From the NCBI GenBank assembly GCA_951406725.2, contig OX597815.1, positions 192,262,001 through 192,326,000 on the forward strand: a stretch of 64,000 nt of DNA, read 5' to 3'. Both the position numbers and the translations under genes were made by a program. Position 1 is the stretch's first letter. The number at the start of each line of letters is the position of its first letter. This document shows positions 51,900-64,000 of the stretch, one piece after another. The notes beneath the pieces are model-generated. The model saw nothing but the letters and a program-made list of their open reading frames with translations. It was not told where the DNA came from and did no database searches. The DNA comes from Octopus vulgaris (lineage: Eukaryota).

Positions 51900-53550
51900 A
51901 TCGGAAGTCTTGACTCTTTCCTTCAATTAATGTTTTAATGTAAAGGATGAGAGCTGCACCCGTCCAGTGTTACAGAACTTTCATCCTGTTACAGCTTTGA
52001 CAGAGCCAAAGTATCTGCGCTAAACGGCGTGCTTCTGCTCATCGTAAATGAAAAAAAAAAGCGCTTTCAATGGCATTAATGTGGGAAGGCGAGCTTATGA
52101 TTTTGAACAGTGTGCGTAGCCTGTGACCGATACTTCCTGGAAACGAATAATCACAACATTCAACAAATTTGATCTGAAAGTGACAGCTGAAGTGAATCAT
52201 AAACAAAATTGGAAATCATAAGAGCCGTTTATTATACTCAACATTACCAGATTCTACGTCAATACTCGATTTAACTATCCGGTGGATGTTATCAAATGTC
52301 TTCAGCCAGCATCGACGAGAGAATAAGCGCATTACTGTCATTTGAAACTACCATTAACAGAGTTGCAGAGTGTTATAGAGAGGCATTAACAAGTAACCGA
52401 TATCAGGGAGAGATCATGTATTTACCAGCATCAACTAGTAACCGCCCTAATAATAATAATAATAATAATTATAATAATAATTTGAGGAGAGCATTGTCGA
52501 TGTGAGAACTATTACTACCCATATATTTTAATTTAATTTTAGTTCTATAAAAAAAAAATGAACGAACTAGTGAGTTTAGTTTAATAGCCTACCAATGTAT
52601 ACTATGAGTTTCTTTGCCCTAGGAGTCGGGAAGACACTCGGCAAGAAATAGAAGCAAATTTGAAAGAAGAAGAAAAAAACCATGAATAATAATAATAATA
52701 AATAATAATAATAATAATAATAATAATGATTACGAGCAGAAGTAGTGGGGAAGCATCATAGCCATGTGTTGAGAGGGATTCTTTGGGGTTTGAATAATTC
52801 ACCTCTGGAAACATGGGTGGTTCTTTCAACATCCTTAAACAACCCTTATTCAGGGACCTTTTGAGCAGGATGGGTTACTCGACCAGAAGAAAATTCTAAC
52901 TGGGCCCCACCTGCAAGGTCATGCGCTATTTATATTGATATGAGATCACCATATCGCGCACATATGGTTGTGATGCATGTGCCTAGTGTACCCTTATCAG
53001 ACGGGTAGTCACGATGGGTATGCTGGGCTTCATATATTTTACCCCAGTGTCACTTTGATGGCATGCACTGCTCTCTCACTTTCTGTAATATAACGAACAT
53101 AAACTAGTGTTGCAAAAGTTTTCTTTCCCTAATCAGAAAATATTTCCTGATGGACGCAGATTCCACCAACTATGGAAACAATAAAAACGACATTGGTGAG
53201 CTTTAGGTGCTTGAAAACCATTTCCAGTTCTTTGAAGATCTAAGGTGTAAAAATACTGCTAGCAAATGGATCCCGAAGTGTTCGGATATGCAATGACCGA
53301 AGTATAGAGCTATTTCTCCTAAAAAGCAAATTCCAAGAAATGGTAATGTAAACCGCACTGTTGTCTGCGATAGCAATAACATCAGCAGACTATACTGGAC
53401 TTATCAGATAGTTCTTGAAAACTCTCCTGCATCAGCACAACAGTTCAATCCATCATGAATATACCAAGAAGACTACAACATTTTCAAAGTATATCTGGAA
53501 TTCAAGAGAGAAATGAAAGACCACCAGCAGCCATTACATGGGAAATGGGA
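51900..53550 (+). mobile_element. Old Penelope-like (Naiad-like) element: decayed RT and GIY-YIG
   Basis: Fragments SFDRAKVSALNG, FNKFDLKVTAEVN, SIDERISALLSFETTINRVAECYREALTSNRY, LIRKYFPDGRRFHQL, YTG..LHQHNSSI..TTTFSKYIWN; colinear with the 15459-15915 protein; interrupted by a repeat at 52742-53080. Confidence 0.72.
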
Positions 53551-53589
53551 AATAAGACTTCGAAATTAATGAAAGTTCTGATATTTCTA

Positions 53590-53801
53590 TCTCTTTTACT
53601 CTTTTACTTGTTTCACTCATTTGACTATGGCCATGCTGGAGCACCGCCTTTAGTCGAGCAAATCGACCCCCAGGACTTATTCTTTGTAAGCCTAGTATTT
53701 ATTCTATCGGTTTCTTTTACCGAATCGCTAAGTTACGGGGACGTAAACACACCAGCATCGGTTGTCAAGCGATGTTGGTGGGACAAACACAGACACACAA
53801 A

Positions 53802-53853
<52 letters not shown>

Positions 53854-54030
53854 GATGTATACGACGGGCTTCTTTCAGTTTCCGTCCACCAAATCCACTC
53901 ACAACGCTTTGGTCAGCCCGAGGCTATAGTAGAAGACACTTGCTCAGAATGCCACGCTGTGGGATTGAACTCAGAACCATGTGGTCGGTAAGGAAGCTAC
54001 TTACCACATAGCCAGCCACTCCTACGCCTA
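53590..54030 (-). mobile_element. SINE family A
   Basis: Colinear with other family A copies. Confidence 0.9.
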
Positions 54031-55604
54031 TATCGTTGAACATATGTAATTCCACGGAAACTTTTACCTGCGACAAATTTCCCTGTGAAACTTGTCACCT
54101 GGAAAGTCTACATCATTCACTAGCGCGCTCAATAAGAGAAACACAAGAATTTTGACCAGCTGGCACATATTATTCAATAATATTCTGAAGAATTTTAAAG
54201 AAGATAAATGAGAGTTTGCTTTGACGATCATGTGAACACTTGAAACCTACGCGATCAAAATTCACATCGTTTATGCTGTTAGTTATTTCATCTCAATCTA
54301 CTAATGTGTGCAGTCAACCGTAAGACCGACTGAAAAGTAATCTTTCTCCACCATATTTATGAACTGGCACCTACTCACCCATTCATGTGTGTGTGTGTGT
54401 GACATCAACTGATTATCTTGAGATTGAGTTTGGTAAGCATGAACATGCCATTTTAAGGTAGAATATCTCAAGGGCTATTTGATGAAGTATATTACATTAA
54501 AGATATCAGTGATAAAAGAAAAATGACGAGTTTAGAAACTGGATTGAATTTACATCTGTTGCCAGGTTATTTGTAAAAATACACTAAAAAACCCCATGCA
54601 TGGGTTGCGTGTGTATGCACAGATAGGCGTCACATTACTTTGTTAGCACAAATCACACAAATACACACACATATTTATCAATGCATGTTTCTCACACACA
54701 AACATTTCTCCCAGACAAGTATTAAACACTCACGTATCAACATACACACGTATGCACTTCTTCAATTGTCTTGTAACAAAGCAGCCTGTGGCACGATATC
54801 AAAGATACGTCTTTATTGACAGTAATTTAGTTTTCACTCAATAACGAACGCAGTTGCCCTGGACAAAATTTGTACGAAACCTTCAGTGAACAGTTTTTAA
54901 TTTTATTTAAAGCTCACAACTATTCACATATGTACGAACATGCTCTTTATATTCACACTTGCATACGTCTATGCTAACACTTGCATACATCTATGTTCAC
55001 CCAAACCCACAGAGGGATTGGGTGACATATACGTAACATATACGCAATGCTGGTGTAATCTAATAGCAAAAATTAGCAATGTAATTATAGATTTCACATT
55101 ATCAGGGGGCTTTGCATTAAATGCTTTATTACTGTATACTTCGCTGCTTTCAACTTCTACGAACGACATAAATCCCACGAAAATATTTCCTTGCGACATG
55201 TCTCCCTGTTAGCGCGTTGAATAAGAGAAGTACAAGAATTTTGATCGGCTGGCACATATTCAATAATTTTCTAAAGAATTTTAAAGAAGATAAATGGCAG
55301 TTTGTTTTGACGATCATGTGATCGCTTGAAACCTAAGCGATCAACATTTATATTGTTTACACTGTTAATAGTTATTTCCTTCCAGTCCCCGCTAATGTGT
55401 ACAGTCAACCGTAAGACCGACTGAACGAACCCGTGGTCTAGAAAAATTAATCCCTGTTTACCCTATATGTAAACTGACACACACGCATCCATTGATATGG
55501 GGATTTATAATGAGTGTGTGTGTGGGGGGGGGGGGGAAGGTTTGATCCAATTCAATTTAAATTAAATAAATTACAATGCTTAAATGAAATGGCAAACGTC
55601 CATC

Positions 55605-55854
55605 GGATCTTTTCTTTTTGAAAGCCAGATTTTCCTAGTTAACTAAAAGATTTGAAACTTCGTATACTGGTAGAATGTGTCAAAAGAAAACATTATTGTA
55701 AACAAAATTGAAAACAAAATTGTAATTTGTAACTTAAACGTAGTTTAATTTTTACGAATTTTAACCAATGAAATCCCAACATCTTCGAATTTTAACCAAT
55801 GAAATCCCAACATTGCTGCGTTATCGATATTGATAGCAGACGCACGACACACAC

Positions 55855-55918
<64 letters not shown>

Positions 55919-56609
55919 TTTGCACAAGCACATAGTAATTAATATATAAGCGTACACACACATACAAACGGACATATACATACACACACATACGCACACA
56001 AGCAAAAACACACGTTGTGTTTTGCCACTTGCCGCAACAAATTTGCACAGAATGTTTCATCGTTTCGGGGGTCGATAAATTAAGTACCAATTACGCACCG
56101 GTGTCGAGGATTTTTTTCCCAATTTATATCACAGCTTCCGACAAGCTGGGGGCATCCTTTTATGAAAAAACATTTCGCAAATTTTTACAATACGACTCAC
56201 ACTCCACGCGCAAACTCGAGACCGATTTAGGCATATTATTGTTTTGTTTTTGTTGTTTCTGGCCCTTCAAAACCACGGGAGAAGCCTTTTCGGTAAAAAA
56301 AAAGTAAAGAAAATATTCAAAAAATATTGGTAATATTTTTATTGGGCGACGAAATTAATCGATTTAAGAGATATAGCTGTTATTTCTAGCACATGTAGAA
56401 GACAGAAGAAGAGGTAAATAATTTGAGCTCGAATGCTGCGATTTCATTGGTTAAAATTCTTAAAATTAAACTACGTTTAAGTTACAAATTACAATTTTGT
56501 TTTCAATTTTGTTTACAATAATGTTTTTTTTTGACACATTCTACCAGTATACGAAGTTTCAAATTGTTTAGTTAACTATGAAAATCTGGCCTTCAAAATG
56601 AAAAGATCC
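55605..56609. mobile_element. Foldback MITE related to 49997-50590
   Basis: Termini GGATCTTTTC / GAAAAGATCC, ~200-bp inverted arms, shared motif aaacttcg.a.actggtagaatgtgtca. Confidence 0.88.
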
Positions 56610-56750
56610 ATGAGTGTGTATGTGGGGGGAGGGTTTGATCCAATTCAATTTAAATTAAATAAATTACAATGCTTAAATGAAATGGCAAACGTCGGATGCT
56701 AATTTATATACTTACTATTCTATTTATATATTTCAATATATTAAGCTTGT

Positions 56751-56980
56751 AAGGCGGCGAGCTGGCAGAAACGTTAGCACGCCGGGCGAAATGCATCGCA
56801 GTATTTCGTCTGCCGCTACGTTCTGAGTTCAAATTCCGCCGAGGTCGACTTTGCCTTTCATCCTTTCGAGGTCGATAAATTAAGTACCAGTTACGCACTG
56901 GGGTCGATGTAATCGACTTAATCCGTTTGTCTGTCCTTGTTTGTCCCCTCTATGTTGAGCTCCTTGTGGGCAGTAAAGAA
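56751..56980 (+). mobile_element. SINE family B, full length
   Basis: Complete head to tail. Confidence 0.92.
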
Positions 56981-57304
56981 TTTTGTTCGGCGTGCTATCC
57001 AGTCTGCTATGATTTATGTGTTCGCTCTTATGCACTCGGTGCCTACATGAAAAGCTCTATTTGATATATATTTTAATCCAATGCTCCATGTTCTACAGTC
57101 ATACAAGACAAGCATAATGCACATTTTGTGTTTCTAGTAAATCTTTGTGTCCATAATGAAGATAGAATTTATCCAGAAGCTATCCATAACAGAAGATCTA
57201 GAAGTAGACAAAGAACGAAATAGTTGGATAATATCCTCAGGTTTATTTGGTCACGCTTGGGAATCCAGCCAGAATGTCTAATGATGTTTGCTTCAGATAG
57301 GTTC

Positions 57305-57870
57305 CTTATTTCTTTATTGCCCATGAGGGGCTAAACATAGAGGGGACAAACAAAGACAGACAAACGGATTAAGTCGATTACATCGACCCCAGTGCGTAAC
57401 TGGTAATTATTTAATCAACCCCGAAAGGATGAAAGACAAAGTCGACCTCGGCGGAATTTGAACTCAGAACGTAGCGGCAGACGAAATACTGCTAAGCATT
57501 TCGCCCGGCGTGCTAACGATTCTGCCAGCTCGCCGCCTTGCTTCTGATAGGTTGCTTTGGAAAAGGTGCTTGAGGACTCTACCCCAACAACCTTCCTAGG
57601 AATGATGGACGGAGAAGATGGATGGATGAATAGATATCTACAACGACACCACAAATGGTTTCAAATTTTTGCCACAAGCCAAGCTATTTCTGGAAGTGGG
57701 TAAAATCAATTACATTGACACCAGTACTCAGCTGGTACTTATTTTATTGACACCGGAATGACGAAAGGCAAAGTGGACCTCGGCGGAATTTGAACTAAGA
57801 ACATGAAGACGGAAGAAATGCCGCTAAGTATTTAGTTCGGCGTGCTAACCAATCTGCTAGCTCGCCGCCA
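57305..57870 (-). mobile_element. Two SINE family B copies
   Basis: Copies at 57305-57539 and ~57655-57870. Confidence 0.88.
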
Positions 57871-57875
57871 TAAAA

Positions 57876-57948
57876 AGACTCTGGTGAGGTTCGAACTCAC
57901 GACCTTTCGTGTGTAAAACAGACGGGATAAAAACCACACCACAGAACC
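57876..57948 (-). pseudogene. tRNA-Val(TAC) probable pseudogene
   Basis: GGTTCTG..TCTGT-TTTACAC-ACGAA-AGGTC-GTGAG-TTCGAAC-CTCAC-CAGAGTC; T arm perfect, D arm damaged with an internal T5, T-run downstream. Confidence 0.8.
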
Positions 57949-57964
57949 TACAAAATAAAATTTG

Positions 57965-58037
57965 AGGTTCCAGCGAATTTCGAACTCGCGACCTTCGGCA
58001 TGTTAAGAAGATACAATAACCACAACACCATGGAACC
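57965..58037 (-). pseudogene. tRNA-Val(AAC) probable pseudogene
   Basis: 73 nt; perfect acceptor stem GGTTCCA/TGGAACC, T arm GCGAG-TTCGAAA-TTCGC, loop TTAACAT; mismatches in the D and anticodon stems. Confidence 0.82.
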
Positions 58038-58277
58038 ACGTCTTACTGTCTAAAACATTGCTAGGATATTTGAAGGAAGATACAGTTTTTCACAGTTCTG
58101 GACGCACGAAACATTTGTTGTGCCTGGAGCAATTTAAAAATTTTAAATAGAGATTTATTTTGACATAAACTATATCTATTATGTTGGGCCCTAGAATATA
58201 CGCGTATGAACTTGCATACATACATACATGTGTGTATATGCATAAAATTATAAAAACTTAGATACATATTTAGATAC

Positions 58278-58325
<48 letters not shown>

Positions 58326-58494
58326 ATGTTTATTTGTTTTATTATCGACATTCCATTAAATATAACGTTTCGAGTTATCTAATACATCTTCAAAACTCTT
58401 AATCTATTTGTCTGTCCGTTTATCAATGTGTGTATGTACACGTAGACACACAATCATAGATAGATGACAGATAATGACCATAGCCAATGTGCGT

Positions 58495-58548
<54 letters not shown>

Positions 58549-58721
58549 ATGCAAACATGTATTTATAAATGCATATATTCATATATATTTACGTATGTAT
58601 CTATGTGTATGCGTATACGTATATATATATGTATATTTGTGTGTGTGTTTGTGTATGCATATATGTGTGTCTGCGTGTGTATGTATAATATATAATATAC
58701 GGGATGCAATGCAAAGAATGA

Positions 58722-59365
<644 letters not shown>

Positions 59366-60029
59366 AAAGAAGATTCTATGAGAAGGAGAACGTAGGTGGG
59401 GTTTTAACATAGAGATTTTTTTCCCACCGATGAACAGAAAATAAATTTAAAATTTGTTCAAAGAATTAGCTGGTTTATATCACTTCCAATTTTATTTGGG
59501 GTTTGGGAAGGTTTTTCTACAAAACTTGATGACTTATTAGATAAGGCCACAGTAATTTCGCAACTTCAAGATCTATTTCGTTAATAATGGTTTTTATTCC
59601 ATTTTCTTTCTTTTTATATTCTTTTCATTTCTTTTACTCATTGATTCGAATTTAGATTAAGTCCCCACCGAAAAAAGATTGTTTCAAATTTCAATATAAT
59701 TGTTTATGCTTCAGTGTTTGTTCATATTGTTTATTAAGCTCTTTGTTTGTATCTGTCATAAAGATAATCGTTTAGACTTAAATGTAGATAAGTTTAGAAG
59801 TGTTACATTCTATGTTTGAGCTAGTGGAGTGTATGTGATTATATATAGATATATATATGTGATTATATATACGTGTGTATGTGTATCTGTCTGTCTCTTG
59901 TTTTATTTTCTGACTATTTGAGGTTAACTCGTAAATATATTGGACTCCAAGTGTATGCATTAATGTGGTGTCGCTGTTGGTCGTTGTTCAGACTCAGCTC
60001 AGCTATGATCGGGTAGACAATGATCGAAG

Positions 60030-60450
60030 ACATGGAGCCAAGCAACAACAACAACAACAGCAACAGTGGAGGCACAATGGCCCAGTGGTTAGGGCAGCGG
60101 ACTCGCGGTCGTAAGAACGCGGTTTCGATTCCCAGATCGGGCATTGTGAGTGTTTATTGAGCAAAAACACCTAAGCTTCACGAGGCTCCGGCGGGGGTTG
60201 GTGGCGATCCCTGCTGTACTCTTTTACCACATGGAGCCAAGCAACAACAACAACAACAGCAGCAGTGGAGGTGCAATGGCCCAGTGGTTAGGGCAGCGGA
60301 CTCGCGGTCGTAAGAACGCGGTTTCAATTCCCAGACCGGGCATTGTGAGTGTTTATTGAGCAAAAACATCTAAGCTTCACGAGTCTCCGGCGGGGGTTGG
60401 TGGCGATCCCTGTTGTACTCTTTCACCACAACTTTCTCTCATTCTTTCTT
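60030..60450 (+). mobile_element. SINE family E 5' part, tandemly duplicated with flanking (CAA)n (~199-bp unit)
   Basis: acatggagccaagcaacaac...ggcccagtggttagggcagcggactcgcgg... occurs twice. Confidence 0.88.
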
Positions 60451-60569
60451 CCTACTTCTGCCACAAAGCAGAGGAACCATGGTGCAACCCACTATGGTGT
60501 GGTAAAATTTCAGACCCTAGTCTAGATTGCGAATCCTCTGTACCCCCAGGATGGTTCAGCTCTCCGGTG

Positions 60570-60815
60570 TATTAGTTTGAGGTTTAGGAAAATGAAAATC
60601 TTTTTTACGTTTCAAGCCGACGCTCTTCAACAGAAAGGAATAAGAGAAAATAAACTGAGAGAGAATGAAAAAAAAAACAAAACTTGTGACCGCTAAATGT
60701 ACAAGATTTTAAAAATTCTCTCTCTGTTTTTTTTTTTCCTCTTATTCCTTTCTGTTGAAGAACATAGGCTCGAAAAGTAAAAGACGTTTTCATTTTTCCC
60801 CAGCGTCAAACTAAA
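60570..60815. mobile_element. Inverted pair of Penelope pseudo-LTR fragments
   Basis: Hammerhead-like motifs at 60603-60637 (-) and 60748-60783 (+). Confidence 0.72.
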
Positions 60816-61783
60816 ACACACACATATATATATACACACCCACACACACATATCATCATCATCATCATCATCATCATCACAATCACCACTAGCAGCAGCA
60901 GTCAGGTTTGACTTGCTAAGAATTTCCAATTAACCTTTGTGTTGTCCTGCAAACAAACACTTAGCCAGAGTCTTGTTTCCGCTCCATTCATTGAAGGTTG
61001 TCTGTCCACAAATGTCTTTGACAGCCTGTTGCACTCTCCCCTCACTCATTTCCTGTCAGAGCGGTTTTGGGCAATGACTCACAGTGCATCCTCAAAGATG
61101 GTGACAATGTACAAGTGAATGGCTAGATGGATTCTGAGAACTTTCAGAACAAAGGTCTAGGAAGCTATGCTGGTTCTATGGAGGACATTTTTCCTAGCCG
61201 TGTGACTGATGCTTTCAACTATGATCACCCCACGATGTCAAATTAATAGTGGAACTCAAAGCAGTTCAGTGGTGCTACACTAGGGAGATTGCATCGATAG
61301 AACAGCTGAGCTACTGAGAAAGATTGAAAGACTCTAATCTTTGGAGCAAAGATGGGAGAGATATGCAGTGATATATATACGGAAGATCTTAGAGGCGTTG
61401 GCACCAAACTTTGTTTCCGGAGTTATACCAGCCCCTGAGCTGGACGTCACTGCACTATTCCAAGGTCCTGCCCATTCCAGGTACGGCAATATTTTGTGAT
61501 TCAAAGGCTCACAACCATTAAATATTTTGTAAAAAGATCTGAGGCATCTAGATGGAATGGTAACAGATGTAACAACTTGACCGTCTAATGTTCAAGTTTC
61601 CAGTTGAACCTACATCACAATAAGGAACTCGAAAGAGGGCAGCAATATCTAACACCCTTATTCACCAAAAACCAATCACAAGAGAATGGCCATTGAAAAG
61701 GGGATAATATAGGCAAAGCCCCAGCATGGCCACAGATTTTGTGTTGAAATGTATAACCGATTAAAGAAAAGTATATATATTTA

Positions 61784-62920
61784 TCAGGCTGAGTAAAGAG
61801 TAAGCGACGTTTGGAAACATGAAATTTATCACAATATATTTCAAAATGCGGAAATTTTATTCAGCAAAGTACCATTAGGATCAACACATTTTTGCCAACG
61901 AGTTACAAGTTTGTTTATTCCGGTAACATAAGAATCTGGAGTTCTGGAGCTGATGAGCTCTTTGAACGCACTTTCAACATCAGTTTGATTTTTGAACTCC
62001 TCTCGCAGGAAACTATCAAGGTACTTGAAAAAGTGGAAGTCGGTGGGAGAAAGGTCTGGGGAATAAGTTGTGTGGGTAAGAACTTCGTAGCCGAGTTACC
62101 TTAACTTTTGAAGCGTCATTATTGAAAGGTGTGGCAAAGCATTATCATGAAGAATGATTGGCCTTCTTTTGTTGACCAGTATGGAGCAGAGGAGTAACAG
62201 TTTTTCGTTCATTTTAGTAACTTCATAGCAATATGTTTCTGCAGTAATTGTTTTTCCGGGTTTTAAGAAGTTATCGTGGATGAGTCCAGCAGTGCACCAT
62301 CAAACCGTTACCATAACCTTCTTTTTGAAGAGTTCTGGTTTAGGGGAGGTTTCCAGTCCTTCATTTTGATCGAACTACTGCGAAGAACGTTTTTTATTAT
62401 TGTACAGAGTCCACTTTTCATCGCAAGTTACAACACGGTCTAGAAATGGATCGGTCTCGTTACAAAGAAGCGACGAGCAAATTTCATATCTGCGCATTTT
62501 TTAATTTTCATTCAAATCGTGTGGTACCCATTTGTTGAGCTTTTTTGATTTTCCGATCGCATGCAAATGGTTGCAGGCAGATTTCTGGCTAACCTGAAGT
62601 TCTTTTGCCAGTTCTCGAGTGGTTTTGCGTGGATCTTTTTCAACAACGATTTTCAATTGACCGTCATCGATGACAGATGGGCGTCCACAACGCTCACGAT
62701 CTTCAAGGCTCAGTTCTCCACTGTCAAATCATTTAAACCATTTTCGAGTTGACCACTCAGTAGTCATTTCCTCATCAAACGTTTTGTGATATCGCGAGCA
62801 GTTTCAGTTACTTTACGTCCTTTTCTGAAGTCGAATAGCAAAATTGCTCGAATATCACGCTTTGACAATTCCATTTCGGATTATTGTAGCAACGGTGAAA
62901 AAAGTATCAATGTTAATTTA
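61784..62920 (-). mobile_element. Mariner transposase pseudogene, nearly full length
   Basis: ATG at 62874 (MELSKRDIRAILLFDFRKG), WVPHDL and YSPDLSPTDFHFF motifs; multiple stops and frameshifts; TIR-like end after TA at ~61783. Confidence 0.9.
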
Positions 62921-63039
62921 GTGATGAATTTGGGCAAGTCTGTGCCTGAATTAAAGTATCAACTAGAGATTTCATTACCTTCGTGCGCTCAGGACAGCGG
63001 ATCCGCTTCAAGAAGAACAACATACTTCCTGTGAGCAAT

Positions 63040-63665
63040 GAAAAATGGAACGGTTATTGGGAGGTAACTGCAGATTTACCAGAGTGCCAGGGACTCTTTC
63101 CCATCCCAGTTATGAGAAAACTAGACATTTTAATGTGCTGTGAATGAAAGAAAGTTGTGAATCTAGTCGAGTTAATGGTTCCTCATGAAGATAACATAGA
63201 CGCAGCTCGGGTTCGAAAGACTGACTGTTACGTAAACCTCCTCGAGGAATGTGAAGACGCAGGCTGGAAAGTGGAGCATTTTCCCATCGAAGTCGGATGT
63301 AGAGGGTTTGTTGGACACAGTGTGAGACGACCGTTGTTATGGTTAGGCCTAACTTATCGTAAAGTAACTACCACCGTGACCGATATCCAAACTACGGTGG
63401 AGAAGGCTAGCCACTGGATTTAGTTAAAAAGAAACGATGAGTGATGACTAGGGGAATATTGAGCTATATTTAACAACCAGTTGATCTAGCAAGTGGGGCC
63501 TCATATCAGTGATGATGGTGGGTGGCAGTGCGCATTGATGCTGTCGAGAGGTAGGCCCCGAAACGGCGCGCATTCTCTCCTGATGACCTCATACACTTGC
63601 TGGCTTCCGGTATGCGGAGTTGTCGACTGGTAGCACTTGCATGTACAAGTTGTTTGCAAGACATC
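63040..63665 (+). mobile_element. HERO-like non-LTR retrotransposon 3' end (restriction-like endonuclease plus 3' UTR)
   Basis: LDI..VELMVPHEDNIDAARVRK..Y..L.EEC..AGWKVEHFPIEVGCRGFVG..EKASHWI; typical of RLE domains of the HERO group. Confidence 0.85.
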
Positions 63666-63774
63666 AATGGCAAAAAAATGTTTAAAAAAATTTCAAAACT
63701 CTGCAAAAATCTGGTACAAATTCTTCGCGGGTAAAAACGTTGCTTACTTTTTACTCAACTTTATATATATATAA

Positions 63775-64000
63775 ACACGAGGGAGTGCTGAAAAGTTCTT
63801 GGTTTCGGGTAAAAGAATATACAGGAGGATCAGTTATGATTTCATCCAACATATTCTCTCCTCAGATTCACAGCTATTGCAGCGGTCCTTCAGTTCTTTT
63901 AAGCCCTGAAAAAAGAACTCGGAAGATTCCGCCTCTAGCTAGGCCTTTCACGATACCCTTAAAGCCAGAAACTTTTCAGCCCCACCACTCGTGTATATCA
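63775..64000. mobile_element. Mariner-like element end, truncated by the window
   Basis: Starts (a)cacgagggagtgctgaaaagttc next to (TA)n, resembling mariner TIRs. Confidence 0.5.

Noticed and set aside
60930-61600. Possible decayed LINE endonuclease on the minus strand
   Set aside because: Only faint motif echoes with many stops; not supportable without a profile search
63555-63590. Permuted hammerhead from GAAAC ... CTGATGA in the HERO-like UTR
   Set aside because: Bases that should form stem II (C before GAAA, C after CUGAUGA) do not pair; kept only as a generic structured-RNA candidate

Overview
This is AT-rich, repeat-saturated eukaryotic DNA. The SINE families and the (TA)n/(CA)n/(AAT)n/(GATA)n load point to an octopod cephalopod, most likely Octopus (inference). 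No intact host protein-coding gene could be supported; nearly all supplied ORFs are microsatellite or SINE artefacts. The window contains at least five tRNA-derived or SINE-like families, including head-to-tail multimers. It also has remnants of Penelope-like elements from three apparent clades, RTE and HERO-like non-LTR fragments, mariner and hAT transposase pseudogenes, several MITE/foldback elements, a Helentron-type element, a 180-bp satellite, a 5S rRNA pseudogene and two tRNA-Val pseudogenes. The most interesting signals are: (i) several families of minimal hammerhead-ribozyme motifs in Penelope pseudo-LTRs, one with a fixed non-canonical CUGUNGA core and one sitting behind a tRNA-like Pol III promoter; (ii) a 5S rRNA-oligoA-SINE chimera inserted as one unit; (iii) a conserved, heavily base-paired 3' UTR in two HERO-like copies; (iv) a foldback element flanked by a ~90-bp duplication; and (v) an apparent CpG-decay boundary near a YY1/NRF1/ETS-motif island at ~51.6 kb. 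All calls were made by eye, and repeat boundaries are approximate unless TSDs or TIRs are quoted.
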